64,000 nt of DNA from an uncultured cyanobacterium (GTDB lineage Bacteria > Cyanobacteriota > Cyanobacteriia > Cyanobacteriales > Cyanobacteriaceae): assembly GCA_963710605.1 (NCBI GenBank), contig CAVQBA010000006.1, positions 352,001 to 416,000 of the forward strand. The letters are read 5' to 3'. The first letter of the stretch is position 1. Every line of letters begins with the position of its first letter. Positions 41,411-52,989 of this stretch are shown here, piece by piece. The notes beneath the pieces are model-generated. The model searched no databases. It worked only from the letters and a program-made list of their open reading frames with translations, and was not told the origin of the DNA. Both the position numbers and the translations under genes were made by a program.

Positions 41411-42952
41411 ATGTTTAAAAACAAAATAAGCGAATTTTCTAAAGGGTTGATCGCCTTAGGTTTGATTGCAGTAGCAAATCCCGTTCAAGCTAATGATTTG
41501 TTATCTGTTGATTTAGATGGAGAAAATCGTCAAACAAATTCGATGTCTCAGGTTACATCAGTTTCTCAATTAAGAGACGTTTCTCCGACAGATTGGGCTT
41601 ATGAAGCATTAAGAAGTTTGGTTGAGCGTTATGGTTGTATTGTTGGTTATCCCGATCGTACCTTCCGTGGTAATCGTGCTTTAAGTCGTTACGAATTTGC
41701 CGCCGGTTTGAACGCTTGTATGCAACAAATGGAGCGTTTAATCGCAGGTAGTGAATCAGTTTTAAAAGAAGATGTTGCTACATTACAACGATTAATTACA
41801 GAATTTGAAGCTGAATTAGCCGCATTAGGTGCTAGAGTTGATAACTTTGAAGGTAGAGTTGCCTTTTTAGAAGACAATCAGTTTTCTACTACTACCAAAT
41901 TATACGGTGAGGTTACTCTTAATATAGCTCAAGCATTTGGTGACGACGATGATGTTGACACTCAGACTACTTTGACCGATAAAGTTCGTTTACAATTAAC
42001 TAGCAGTTTTACAGGAAAAGATGCTTTAATTACTCGTTTAACCGCAGGTAATATTGGTAATTCTTTTGCTTCTCAATTAGGTACTCAAGAAGGACGTTTT
42101 GCTTTTGATGGCCCTAATGGTAATGATGTGACGATCGATCGTTTACACTACAGATTTCCTGCTACTGATGACTTGACTGTTACCGTCATGGCTAGTTTGG
42201 GTGGACACCACTACTATGCCGATACTTTCAACACTGGTTTAGAAGCTGGTGGTGGTGGTAGAGGTGCGTTATCCAGATTTGGCGAACGTAACCCTATTTA
42301 TCGTCTTGGTTTGGGCGGACAAGGTATTGGTTTTAAATATCAACCTGGTTCTTTGTTTGAATTTAGTGCGGGTTATTTAGCTCGCGGTGGTAGCAATCCT
42401 AATGAAGGTTTTGGTTTGTTTAACGGTAGTTATTCAGCAATGGCTCAAGCAGTCATCAAACCTAGCGATAACTTAAAATTTGGTGTTAACTATATCAGAG
42501 GATACGACCCTCAAGGAAGATTTGTTTTAGGCGGTACGGGTACAAATGTAGCTAATGGAATTGATACTTTTGGTTCTGTAGAAAGTAATTCAATTGGTGT
42601 CCAAGGTCAATTCGATATTTCTCCTAGGTTCAGTATTCGTGCTTGGGGTGGTTATATTGATGCCAATGTTGATGGCGATGATGATGGTGAAATTTGGACT
42701 TATGCCTTAGCTTTAGCTTTCCCAGATTTAGGTAAAGAAGGTGCTTTAGGTGCAATTATTGCTGGTGCTGAACCTTATGATGGTAATGCTAGAAATAATG
42801 ATACACCTTACCATATTGAAGTTTCTTACAAATATCCTTTAAACGACAATATTTCTATTACACCTGGTTTGATGGTATTAACAAATCCTAACCAAGATGA
42901 CGATCGTGATGCAATCTATATTGGCACAATTAGAACTACATTCCATTTCTAA
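41411..42952 (+). CDS. SLH-domain outer-membrane porin (OprB / iron-uptake porin family)
   Basis: QVTSVSQLRDVSPTDWAYEALRSLVERYGC SLH domain; FSTTTKL; C-terminal RTTFHF. Confidence 0.93.
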   Translation: MFKNKISEFSKGLIALGLIAVANPVQANDLLSVDLDGENRQTNSMSQVTSVSQLRDVSPTDWAYEALRSLVERYGCIVGYPDRTFRGNRALSRYEFAAGLNACMQQMERLIAGSESVLKEDVATLQRLITEFEAELAALGARVDNFEGRVAFLEDNQFSTTTKLYGEVTLNIAQAFGDDDDVDTQTTLTDKVRLQLTSSFTGKDALITRLTAGNIGNSFASQLGTQEGRFAFDGPNGNDVTIDRLHYRFPATDDLTVTVMASLGGHHYYADTFNTGLEAGGGGRGALSRFGERNPIYRLGLGGQGIGFKYQPGSLFEFSAGYLARGGSNPNEGFGLFNGSYSAMAQAVIKPSDNLKFGVNYIRGYDPQGRFVLGGTGTNVANGIDTFGSVESNSIGVQGQFDISPRFSIRAWGGYIDANVDGDDDGEIWTYALALAFPDLGKEGALGAIIAGAEPYDGNARNNDTPYHIEVSYKYPLNDNISITPGLMVLTNPNQDDDRDAIYIGTIRTTFHF

Positions 42953-42987
42953 ACTCTGTCTTAACTCAATTAAATAATTAAATTACG

Positions 42988-43020
42988 AGGTGTAACTATA
43001 ATGGTTACACCTTTTACTTT
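42988..43020 (+). terminator. Rho-independent terminator after the porin gene
   Basis: AGGTGTAAC-TATAATG-GTTACACCT followed by a T-rich tail. Confidence 0.65.
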
Positions 43021-43041
43021 TGACAAAGAATAAACTATGGT

Positions 43042-43062
43042 GGTGGGTAATGCCCACCCTAC
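43042..43062 (-). repeat. GTAG-type REP (GTAGGGTGGGCATTACCCACC)
   Basis: GTAG plus GGTGGG/CCCACC stem. Confidence 0.65.
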
Positions 43063-43160
43063 TACTAAAAAGTAGTCTTTCGATTAAATCAAGAATTGTA
43101 AGCCTCACAATTTTTAAATTGAAATATTGTAATTGTCAACTCTCAATTGTCAATTGTCAA

Positions 43161-43865
43161 TTATTTACGTACTGCTTCTAAAATTCGTGAATAATAAAAA
43201 CTAGTACTTGTCATATCCGTACGTTTAATCGTAAAACCATTGTCTTGAAGAATTTTGACAATATCTTCTTCTTTATGTTGATAAGCACGAGTTGTTTTGC
43301 TAGTGCCAGGAAAAAACTCACCTATACGTTTGAGTATAGTTAAAGCAAATGTTTTCGGGGCAAAACTAAGTATAATTCTAGATTTGGCTAAGGAAGATAA
43401 ATGACTAATCATCCCAGCGGCATCCTCTGTCGGGTAATGAATCAAGACATCCAAACAAATAACAGTATCGTAGCTTCCCCTAATCGATTCTAAATCTTGA
43501 ACATTTAATCTAATATTACGAGGAGAGTTTAATTGTTGTTTAATTCTCTCGGCGGCTTCTCCTACCATTTTGCTGGATATATCACTAGCATAAACAGTTG
43601 CCCCTTCACTAGCTAAGGGTAAGGTAAGACTACCGACACCACAACCCGCATCACAAATAGTTAGTTTATCTAGATTACCATCTGCTTTTAACCAATCAAC
43701 AACAGTATCGATCGTTTGTTGATGACCATCACGAATATTTAATTGGACTTTATTGACTTTACCATCACCATATATATTACGCCAACGATCGAAACCTGTG
43801 TTATTAAAATAATCTTTGACTATTGTTTTTTCATTATTGTTAGATTTATCAAATGTATTGACCAT
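43161..43865 (-). CDS. chlM: Mg-protoporphyrin IX methyltransferase
   Basis: YFNNTGFDRWRNIYG, CDAGCGVGSL, CLDVLIHYP, SFAPKT. Confidence 0.96.
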   Translation of the reverse strand: MVNTFDKSNNNEKTIVKDYFNNTGFDRWRNIYGDGKVNKVQLNIRDGHQQTIDTVVDWLKADGNLDKLTICDAGCGVGSLTLPLASEGATVYASDISSKMVGEAAERIKQQLNSPRNIRLNVQDLESIRGSYDTVICLDVLIHYPTEDAAGMISHLSSLAKSRIILSFAPKTFALTILKRIGEFFPGTSKTTRAYQHKEEDIVKILQDNGFTIKRTDMTSTSFYYSRILEAVRK

Positions 43866-43978
43866 ATTATTTATTGCTACTAATTCATTAGTTATACTAA
43901 TCCAACTTACTAACTTATCACATTATTTCATCGCCAATAATCTCATTGATTACTCAATATTGTTAACCATAATATCGA

Positions 43979-44009
43979 TCCCCCCTAGCCCCCCTTTTCG
44001 TAAGGGGGG
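43979..44009. repeat. CCCCCCT..CCCCCTT...AAGGGGG palindromic repeat; relatives near 34757, 38450 and 48243
   Basis: CCCCCCTT-TTCGT-AAGGGGGG hairpin. Confidence 0.6.
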
Positions 44010-44117
44010 AACAAGATCGTGGTCGTGGTTGGTGTTGATGTCGGTTTAGAGTAGGAAGGTTGACCAGATGCGGCTTACACTATTATTAAGTTGATTAATT
44101 ATTTGGAGGTTTTAATT

Positions 44118-44333
44118 ATGAATGTCATACCCGTTACTATTGAGGAACTTCTCAAACTTTATACGACTGGACAAAGAGACTTCACTAAGTTTAAGGTCAG
44201 AGCTACAAGTAAGGAGATGGATGGAGTTAATTTGAGTGGTGCTATCTTTGACAATACAATCATGCCTGATGGAACAATTAAAGAAAAACGAATAGTTACT
44301 TTTGTAGGTTGGGTTGAGCCTCAAAAAGCTTAA
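44118..44333 (+). pseudogene. Collapsed pentapeptide-repeat gene with a REP in its 3' end
   Basis: EELLKLY..GQRDF start and NTIMPDG end, with only about 2 pentapeptides between; REP GTAGGTTGGGTTGAG...GAAACCCAACA at 44304-44371. Confidence 0.55.
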
Positions 44334-44610
44334 TATACATTCTATACATAAAATAAAAGCGAAACCCAACATTTAATACTGGTAAAGTACGATCGCATTT
44401 ATTATAGGATGCGTTCGTTAACCATTCTCAAATTAAGATAATTCCATATAGTACAAAACTCACCACCCTTACTGTTAAGAATAAACAAGTATATTTGCAC
44501 TATTAGGTATAAACAAACGAGCTAATATTTGTCAATTCTCAATTCTCAATTCTCTCACTGAACCATTCATTAAATGTCCTTTGTTTGCTAAACTGCATAG
44601 AAGTTGAAAT

Positions 44611-46371
44611 ATGCAAAATAAGAAAAGAAAACTATTGTCTCAATCTAGCTATAGACTTTTAATTCCTTATATCATTAACGAAAAAAAGACGATCGCTATC
44701 GCCTTTAGTTGTACGATCGTATTTACTATTTTCTGGCCAATCTTAGCATGGTTAGCAGGAAAAATGGCAGAATATATCGGTAAAGGAGATCTACAATCGA
44801 TCGGTTATTATGCTGGGATTGCGGCGATCGTTTTTCTTCTTAGAGGAATTGTGCAATATGGGCAAGATACTTTTATGGCAAAAGCGGCTTTAAAAATTGC
44901 CTATGAATTACGAGTTTATGCTTATTCACATTTACAAAGTTTAAGTTTAAATTATTTTCAGGATGTTAAAACAGGTGATTTGGCTTATCGTCTGACAGAG
45001 GATATCGAAAGGATTGGCGAAGTGGTTAAAAAGATTTTTCAGCAATTTATACCCAGTGTTTTGCAATTGGTTGTTGTTTTGTCATACATCATCTATGTCA
45101 ATTGGCAGTTGACTATCGCTACTTTCGTTGTCGCTCCTTTTATTGCTATTTTGATTACATGGTTTGGTGGTAAATTATTAGATTTGACTAGAAAAAGTCA
45201 AAGCAAGGTTTCTAATATCTCAGCCTTAATTACCGAAGTATTTTCAGGAATTAGATTAGTTAAAGCATTTTCTGCTGAAAAATACGAAATCGATCGTTTT
45301 GCCCAAGAAGCAGATAAAAATCGTCAAGCTCAATTTGCCGCCGAAAAAATTAAGGCTTTACAAATTGTGGTTATCTTTTTTTTAGAGTTGATGAGTTTTG
45401 TTTTTCTTTTCTTTTTAGGTGGTTGGCAAATCTCGTTAGGTAATATGACGGGTACAGATTTTGTTAGTTATCTTACCGCAGTGGCGTTATTAATCGATCC
45501 AATTGCTTTTACTACCAGTAATTACAACGAATATAAACAAAATGAGGCTTCTGTAGAACGTATTTTAGAATTATTACAAGTCAAACCTTTAATAACTGAA
45601 AAAGAAAAAACGATCGAGTTAAATAATATTAAAGGAATAGTAGAATATAAAAATGTTCGGTTTGGTTATGATATTCAAAATCCTGTTTTAAAAGATATTA
45701 ATTTAACTGTCAAACAAGGAGAAATAATCGCTTTAGTTGGTTCTTCTGGTGCTGGTAAAAGTACGTTAGTTAATTTACTTCCTCGCTTTTATGATGTTTC
45801 TTCGGGAGCGGTTTTAATTGATAACATTGATATTCGAGAATTAACTTTAAATAACCTGAGAAAATATATCGGTATTGTCCCTCAAGAAACTAATTTGTTT
45901 TCAGGAACGATTGCTGATAATATTGCTTTTGGTCGGCGTAATTACGATATTCAAGAAGTAGAAAAAGCGGCTAGAATTGCTAACGCTCACGAATTTGTTT
46001 CGCAATTTAGTCAAGGTTATTATACTTATGTAGGAGAGCGAGGCGTTAATTTATCAGGCGGACAAAGACAAAGAATAGCGATCGCACGAGCAGTGTATTT
46101 TGATCCGAGAATATTGATTTTAGATGAAGCTACTAGTGCATTAGATTCCGAATCAGAGGTATTAGTTCAACAAGCATTAGAAAGAGTAATGCAACAACGT
46201 ACAGTTTTTGTGATTGCTCATCGTTTGGCTACAGTAAGAAAAGCTAATCGTATTTTAGTTTTAGAAGCAGGAAAAATTGTCGAGTCAGGAACGCATGAAG
46301 AATTAATAGCACAAAATGGACTTTATTTCAAGTTTCATGCTCAACAATTTTATGGACAAGAAAAGAGTTAA
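44611..46371 (+). CDS. ABC exporter, fused permease/ATPase (MsbA-like)
   Basis: TM domain; GSSGAGKS, LSGGQRQR, LDEATSALD. Confidence 0.93.
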   Translation: MQNKKRKLLSQSSYRLLIPYIINEKKTIAIAFSCTIVFTIFWPILAWLAGKMAEYIGKGDLQSIGYYAGIAAIVFLLRGIVQYGQDTFMAKAALKIAYELRVYAYSHLQSLSLNYFQDVKTGDLAYRLTEDIERIGEVVKKIFQQFIPSVLQLVVVLSYIIYVNWQLTIATFVVAPFIAILITWFGGKLLDLTRKSQSKVSNISALITEVFSGIRLVKAFSAEKYEIDRFAQEADKNRQAQFAAEKIKALQIVVIFFLELMSFVFLFFLGGWQISLGNMTGTDFVSYLTAVALLIDPIAFTTSNYNEYKQNEASVERILELLQVKPLITEKEKTIELNNIKGIVEYKNVRFGYDIQNPVLKDINLTVKQGEIIALVGSSGAGKSTLVNLLPRFYDVSSGAVLIDNIDIRELTLNNLRKYIGIVPQETNLFSGTIADNIAFGRRNYDIQEVEKAARIANAHEFVSQFSQGYYTYVGERGVNLSGGQRQRIAIARAVYFDPRILILDEATSALDSESEVLVQQALERVMQQRTVFVIAHRLATVRKANRILVLEAGKIVESGTHEELIAQNGLYFKFHAQQFYGQEKS

Positions 46372-46372
46372 T

Positions 46373-46400
46373 TATAGTTATTTCAAATAAAAATGAGACA
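46373..46400 (+). mobile_element. Solo IS630/ISY100-like terminal inverted repeat; identical copy inverted at 63572-63601
   Basis: TATAGTTATTTCAAATAAAAATGAGACA resembles the ISY100 end (TA-TAGTCATTTCAATTAACGATGAGA, recalled from memory). Confidence 0.55.
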
Positions 46401-46589
46401 ACTTGGTGCTGATAAGTTGGAGTTTAATAAATTAAACGGATTTTGTTAGCCTTGTCAATTCATACTCAAGGCGGTTTTTATGTTTTTTTCTACTGTTTTT
46501 CTACTGTCTCAAACTTAATTTAAATAATTATAAATACTCAAATGGGCTACACTAATGATAGTCATCAAATAAAGCCAAAACGACAAAAA

Positions 46590-46856
46590 ATGAGTAAAAC
46601 AGCAACTGTTCGGGCGAGAATTGAACCTGAGTTAAAAAAGAATGTTGAAGATATTTTTGAACAATTAGGATTAACCACAACTGAAGCTATCAATCTTTTT
46701 TATAAACAAGTTGAATTACATCATGGATTACCTTTTGAAGTAAAAATTCCTAATCAAGAAACAAGAATAACTTTTGAAAAAACCGATCGACAAGAAGAAT
46801 TAGTCGATTGTGAAAATGTAGAAGATATGTTTGACAAGCTAGGAATTCAATCGTGA
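46590..46856 (+). CDS. dinJ: RelB/DinJ-family antitoxin
   Basis: VRARIEPELK...LGLTTTEAINLFYKQV...GLPFEVKIPN.ET. Confidence 0.88.
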   Translation: MSKTATVRARIEPELKKNVEDIFEQLGLTTTEAINLFYKQVELHHGLPFEVKIPNQETRITFEKTDRQEELVDCENVEDMFDKLGIQS

Positions 46857-47103
46857 TTCCGTCTTATACTAAACGCTTTCAAAAAGAGGTAAAAAGATAG
46901 ATAAACTTAAACAAGTTATCAAAATGTTAGTTAATCAACAGCCTCTTGAATTGAAATATAGAGATTATAAATTAGTGGGAAACTACATCAATCGTAGTGA
47001 ATGTCATATTGAATCTGATTGGTTGTTGATATACAAATTGATGCCTGAAGATAATATAATCATTTTTGAAAGAACAGGTACTCATTCTGATTTATTTGAC
47101 TAA
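46853..47103 (+). pseudogene. yafQ: YafQ-family toxin pseudogene
   Basis: GTG start, stop after ...EVKR; a shifted frame gives ECHIESDWLLIY...ERTGTHSDLF. Confidence 0.85.
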
Positions 47104-47194
47104 GTATCAATTTCAAACTTTTACACTTCAAACCGAACAAATTCAATTCTTGCATATGTTAAGCTAAACAATCAATTTACTTACTCAAAAATCT

Positions 47195-47464
47195 ATGTTT
47201 TCCCTTTCCAAATCTTATCAAGAAGTAAAAGATAACTTAGATACATTATTTAATCAGGTAGAAGAAAATAACACTGTATTAGTAATAAGCCGTGATGGAC
47301 ATGAAGATGTTGCTGTGATTAAAGCAAAAGAATTATCTAGCTTATTAGAAAGTATTCATTTATTACGCTCATCCGCCCATCTTAATCAAATAAAAATATT
47401 TTTGAAGACTACTAAAAAGTTGTTAGCTATAATACTAGTTAATTTTTTACTAAAAAAGAAATAA
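47195..47464 (+). pseudogene. Phd/YefM antitoxin, truncated, toxin partner missing
   Basis: VISRDGHEDVAVI...ELSSLLESIHLLRS, then an unrelated tail. Confidence 0.65.
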
Positions 47465-48150
47465 AGTTGTCACATATTATTGATGCTATTAGAAGACTGG
47501 GAATTATTGCTCAACAAGAAAACTGGTTAACTCTTAGCGGCGCTTATGGGGGGAGGAATCACTATTTAAAATGCACACAAGTAAAATTTTAAGGGGCATC
47601 TAACAAAAAAAGAAATTGATGAAGTAACTAAAATATTTCCTTTTGAACTTTCTTAAGAAATGTATGATTTATATCAAGTTGGAAATGGTCACGGTTCCCT
47701 TTGATGTATCAAAAATACAAGAATATAATTATTGTAAAGATATAGTTAACTATTATTATTTTTTAATAATACAAGATGAGTGTTTGTATTCTTTACAAGC
47801 ATCAATTGACCTAATCAGAAATGTTTCTTTCAATAAATCTTTTAGTAGTAATAGTTATTTATTATTCCCTCTTTGTACCTTTGAAATAGAAGTAGTATTA
47901 TTGACGATTCTGGACAGAGAAAAAAAAGACACTTCTCCTATTTACCTTGTTGAAGATACTTTATTGTACAAATTTTATCAAAATAATTTTTCTCTAAACG
48001 ATCTGGAGCAAGATGAAATTTGGCCTAGCCTTACAAATATGATGTTGGCTTAGACTTGGAACTATAATGAAAAAAAAAGATAGCTTAGAAAATATTTATA
48101 AAAAGTATGGTAGTAACAATAATGATAAAAATGTAGATTGGTTTCCCTAG
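47461..48150 (+). pseudogene. Degraded SMI1/KNR4-like gene
   Basis: LTKKEIDEVTKIFPFELS*EMYDLYQVGNG and LFPL...SPIY...PSLTNMM in different frames, with an internal stop. Confidence 0.5.
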
Positions 48151-48277
48151 ATTAATAATATCAGTAAAAATTATCTAGTCAGGAACATATTAAGAATAAC
48201 CATCGTGAAACATGAATTGGTTAGGAAATTTAGATCGTGTTTCCCCCTTTGTTTAAGGGGGATTAAGGGTGTATTAA

Positions 48278-50677
48278 TCAATACGGCCATATCCAATCTT
48301 TATTTCAGGTTTGTCGATACCTTCAGTATGGGCATAATTTAATGTTATCGATAATTTCGTCTTTCATTCTTTCTTTGAGATAACTTGCTTTAGAACCTAA
48401 TTTTGGAACTCGATCGATTACATCTATCACTAAGTTAAAACGATCGATTTGATTGGTGATTGCTAACTCCAAAGGTGTATTAATGTTACCTTGTTCCTTA
48501 TAACCTCTAACATGAAGACGTTCTTGATTTAGATGACGGTAACTTAATTTGTGAATTAACCAAGGATAACCGTGGAAATTGAAAATGATTGGTTTATCTG
48601 GTGTAAACAAACTTTAAAGTCTCGTTTAGATAAACCATGAGGATGCTCGGTATCGTCTTGTAATTTATACAAATCGACGACGTTAATAAAACGTACTTTT
48701 AAATCGGGACATTCTTCTCTTAATATCGCTGTTGCCGCTAAGGCCTCCATTGTTGGTACATCACCACAAGAAGCGATTACAACATCAGGCTCGTTTAAGT
48801 TGTTGTCAGGATTACGATATCGTTACTTGCCCATTCCCAAATACCAATACCTTTAGTACAATGTTTTACCGCTTCATCGATCGAAAGATATTGTAAATGA
48901 TTTTGTTTATCAGCAATAATTACATTGACATAATCACACTTCGTAAACAATGATCGGTTACACTAAGCAAACAATTGGCATCAGGAGGAAAATAAATCCG
49001 TGTCACATCAGCACTTTTGTTAGTGACTAAATCGACAAAACCTGGATCTTGGTGACTAAAACCGTTATGATCTTGTCTCCATACCGTCGAAGAAAGTAAA
49101 ATATTTAAAGAAGAAACAGAGCTACGCCAAGGTACTTTATTTTTACAAATATCTAACCATTTAGCGTGTTGATTAAACATCGAATCAATCACATGAGCAA
49201 ACGCTTCATAAGTGTGAAATAATCCATGTCTGCCTGTGAGTAAATAGGCTTCTAACCATCCCTCTAAAGTATGCTCGCTCAACATCTCCATTACTCTACC
49301 ATCGGGTGAAAGTTCACCGCCGTCTTCATCTTCTGGTAAATAATCCGCCATCCAGACTTTTTTAGCTAACTTTATAAACAGGATTGAGACGATTAGAAGC
49401 AGTTTCATCAGTAACCAAAAATACGGAAACTATCCATATTATTCGCCATGACATCTCGTAAAAAGTAACCCATAACTTTGGTGGTTTGCTCTCTTATTTT
49501 ACCGTGTTCGGGTATATCTAATGCGTATTTAGTAGCTTAGTAAAATCAGGAAGTTTTAACGGTTTGCGTAGCTTACCACCATTAGCGATCAGGATTAGCA
49601 CTCATTCGTTTTTCACCTTTGGGTGCTAGGTTTGCAACTCAGGAATTAAAGTACCATTTTCGTCAAATAATTCTTCAGGATGATAACTTTTCATCCATTC
49701 TGAGAGTCGTTGTAGATGTTCTGGATTATCGTGCATTCCGCCCATTGGCACTTGGTGCGATCGCCAAAAACCTTCTACCTTCTTACCATCAACATTTTTG
49801 GGCCTGTCCAACCTTTAGGAGAGCGAAAAACAATCATTGGCCATCGAGGGCGTTTTGCCACACCGCTACTACGGGCTTCTACTTGAATTTTTTTAATTTT
49901 AGTAATACATTCTTCTAAAGTTTCCGCCATTTTTTGGTGCATTATTTCAGGATTATCACCTTCGACAAAATAAGGCTCATAACCATAACCAACAAACAAA
50001 GCTTCTAACTCTTCATGAGAAATACGAGACAAGATAGTTGGGTTAGCAATTTTGTAACCATTAAGATGCAAAATCGGTAAAACTGCCCCATCACGAATCG
50101 GATTAATAAATTTATTAGAATGCCAAGAAGTTGCTAATGCACCAGTTTCTGCTTCCCCATCACCTACCATAACCACAGAAATCAAATCAGGTTTATCTAA
50201 AATTGAGCCATAACCGTGAGACAAACTATAACCTAACTCTCCTCCTTCATGGATTGAGCCGGGAGTTTCTGGGGTAACATGACTACCAATATGTCCGGGG
50301 AAAGAAAATTGTTTAAAAAATTTCGCCATTCCTGCCGTATCTTGGGTTTTATCTTGATAAATTTCTGAATATGTACCTTCTAAATACACTGGTGCAAGAA
50401 TACCAGGTGCACCATGCCCCGGACCTGCTATATAGACCATATCGAGGTCGTATTTGTTAATTAAGCGGTTGAGATGAACGTAAACAAAGCTCAAACCCGG
50501 ACTCGAACCCCAATGCCCTAAAAGACGTTTTTTGATTTGTTTTGCTTCTAAGGGTTGTTTGAGCAAAGGATTCTCTTTAAGATAAATCATACCCACGGCA
50601 AGATAGTTACAAGCTCGCCAATAAGCATCTATTTTTTGTAGCTCTTGATTGCTTAATGTATTTGATGTTTCGACCAT
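48278..50677 (-). pseudogene. xfp: Phosphoketolase (XFP) with about 11 frameshifting indels
   Basis: [50 protein letters not shown] spread over at least five ORF fragments. Confidence 0.9.
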
Positions 50678-50898
50678 GATTAAAAACTAAAACTACAATT
50701 AGTGGATAATTCTTATTTCGATTTTGTCTTTTATTTAATTTCAATACAGTATAAATACTTACAGTCAAAAAAATTAAATGATTACAAAGATGTAATTATC
50801 TATATGTTCGATAGATAAGTTAGAATACAACTATTAAAGCAAATGTATTAACTTTAATTATCGATATTTAATTCATTCTAGAGAATAATTCTCAAAAG

Positions 50899-52125
50899 TC
50901 AAGTTAAGAGTAGTTTAAGTTTCAAACATTCAATTGCGATCATCCAATCTTCTTCGGTGTGAATAACTAAAACTCTTACAGAAGAGTCGGTTGTAGCAAT
51001 ATCTTCATCTACTGGTGAATTATTATTTTTATCATCATTTATGGTTAAATTGAGAAATCCTAAAGTTTGGGTTGCTTCAATTCTTACTCGTGCTGAATTT
51101 TCGCCGACTCCTGCGGTAAAAACTAAGGCATCGACTCCACCTAGACTAGTTAACATCGCTCCGATATTTGTTTGTAAACGATGAATATAAATATCCCAAG
51201 CGAGTTTTGCTTGTTCGTTACCTCGATCGATTTCTTCGGTGATTTTTCTTAAATCGCTACTAATATCAGAAACACCTTTTAACCCTGATTCTTTATTGAG
51301 CATTGTTTCTAATTCATCCGCAGACAGATCAAATTCACGCATTAGATAAATTAAAATAGCAGGATCGATTCGAGCCACTACGACTACCCATCATCAACCC
51401 TTCTAGAGGTGTAAAACCCATGGTTGTATTGATACTGATACCATTTTTAACTGCACTCAAAGAGCAACCATTACCTAAATGACAGACAATTATCTTGAGT
51501 GATTCTAGAGGTTGTTGGAGTAGATGAGCGGTTTTAATTGCACAATATTGATGACTGATACCATGAAAACCATAACGGCGAATACCGTGATTAAAATATT
51601 TGTAAGGAATAGGATAAATAGCTGATTTGAGTGGCATCTGACTATGAAAAGCTGTATCAAATACCGCTACTTGAGGAGTGTCTTTTAATAAATTTTCGGT
51701 GATTTCAATTCCAGCTAAATTAATAGGATTGTGGGCAGGGGCAAGTGAGGATAATCGATCGATCGCTTTTTTGACTTTAGGTGTAATTAAGGTAGCCTCG
51801 GAATATTCACTACCACCATGTACGACTCTGTGTCCGACAATATCGATTTCTGATAAACTTTCAATTACTTTTGTTTCCCCTGTCGTCTAGAGGTTTCAAG
51901 CATAGTTTCGATTGCTCGATTCGGCTCAGAATTATCCAAATCTTGTTGATGTTTACAATTAGCTGTTTTGACTGTTAATTCTGCTGAAGAACTATTGACA
52001 TTTGTTTGGATATGTGCTGACCACAGAGGAGATTGAACTGATTCTGGAGTAGAAGAATCTGCTGATAAATCGTAAAGACAACTTTTATGACTACTCGAAC
52101 CAGCATTGAGAACTAAGATTTTCAT
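50899..52125 (-). pseudogene. ackA: Acetate kinase with two frameshifts (near 51890 and 51370)
   Basis: [54 protein letters not shown]. Confidence 0.9.
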
Positions 52126-52181
52126 GGTTTATAATTAGTGAACAGATAAATCTTGGCTTACTTCTTCATCTTACTTACAGC

Positions 52182-52608
52182 CTAGGGAAAAATTAATTTT
52201 TCTTTTTTAGTGTACCAATCACAAGGGCAAATACCATTAACTGTAAATTTATTAACTTCAACCTGAGTTACTTGTACAGGATTATTACGACAAGGATAAC
52301 CACATTCATAGTTATAATTTGTCATCCATGCTTTACCTAATGAATTTGATTGTGCAGTTTCAGAAGAAAAAAGATATTTACCCATAGGAATCTGCATTGA
52401 AAAAGTCGATTGTCCAGCTTTGGTTTTGATACAATATCTTTGAGAAGTATTCACTTTTGTCGCACAGACTACTAGTGAAGGTAAATAATCTGAAGGATAA
52501 ATTAGTTTTCCTTTTACCGTCGTCATTTGTGTTTGAGCATTAAGTGTAGGGTTGAACTGAAACAATTGAGGCTAGACTAACTAACAAAGTAGTGGCTATT
52601 CTTTTCAT
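52182..52608 (-). pseudogene. Secreted Cys-containing hypothetical protein with a +1 frameshift at the end of the signal peptide
   Basis: ATG at 52608 gives MKRIATTLLVSLASIVSVQP; removing one base near 52550 joins it to TLNAQTQ... Confidence 0.6.
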
Positions 52609-52839
52609 AAGTCTATTATTTGGTTTTCTCGAACTTATTAAAGATTGACGTAATTAATCATCTATTTGATTCCTTTTTTTTGATTTGGGTAAGTATTCAC
52701 TCATGAGTAACTCCACAGATATACAATTACGAATTGAGAATACAAAATGTAAACTTTAAACGTAACAAACATATTGCGATCGATAATATTACTATATAAG
52801 TTTGGTAATTAAATGATTAAATAATTAATAATTAATTTT

Positions 52840-52944
52840 ATGGATGTTAGTAAGTTAGATTATCTTCTAGGTGCGATCGCTTTTATTATTTTTGGTGTCG
52901 GTTTAATTATGTTAATTGGCGGGGTAAAAGATATGAATGATTAA
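52840..52944 (+). CDS. 34-aa single-TM micro-protein (not in the ORF track)
   Basis: MDVSKLDYLLGAIAFIIFGVGLIMLIGGVKDMND*; GC-richer than its flanks; contains a HIP1 site. Confidence 0.6.
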   Translation: MDVSKLDYLLGAIAFIIFGVGLIMLIGGVKDMND

Positions 52945-52989
52945 TAGTTTTAAATAGGTTAAATTCATCTATAAATAAACAAAAAGAAA

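Noticed and set aside
44010..44080. GC-richer intergenic stretch as an ncRNA or tRNA
   Set aside because: No cloverleaf or recognisable RNA family motif
48278..50677. Programmed frameshifting in xfp
   Set aside because: Too many shifts in both directions, with no slippery-site pattern
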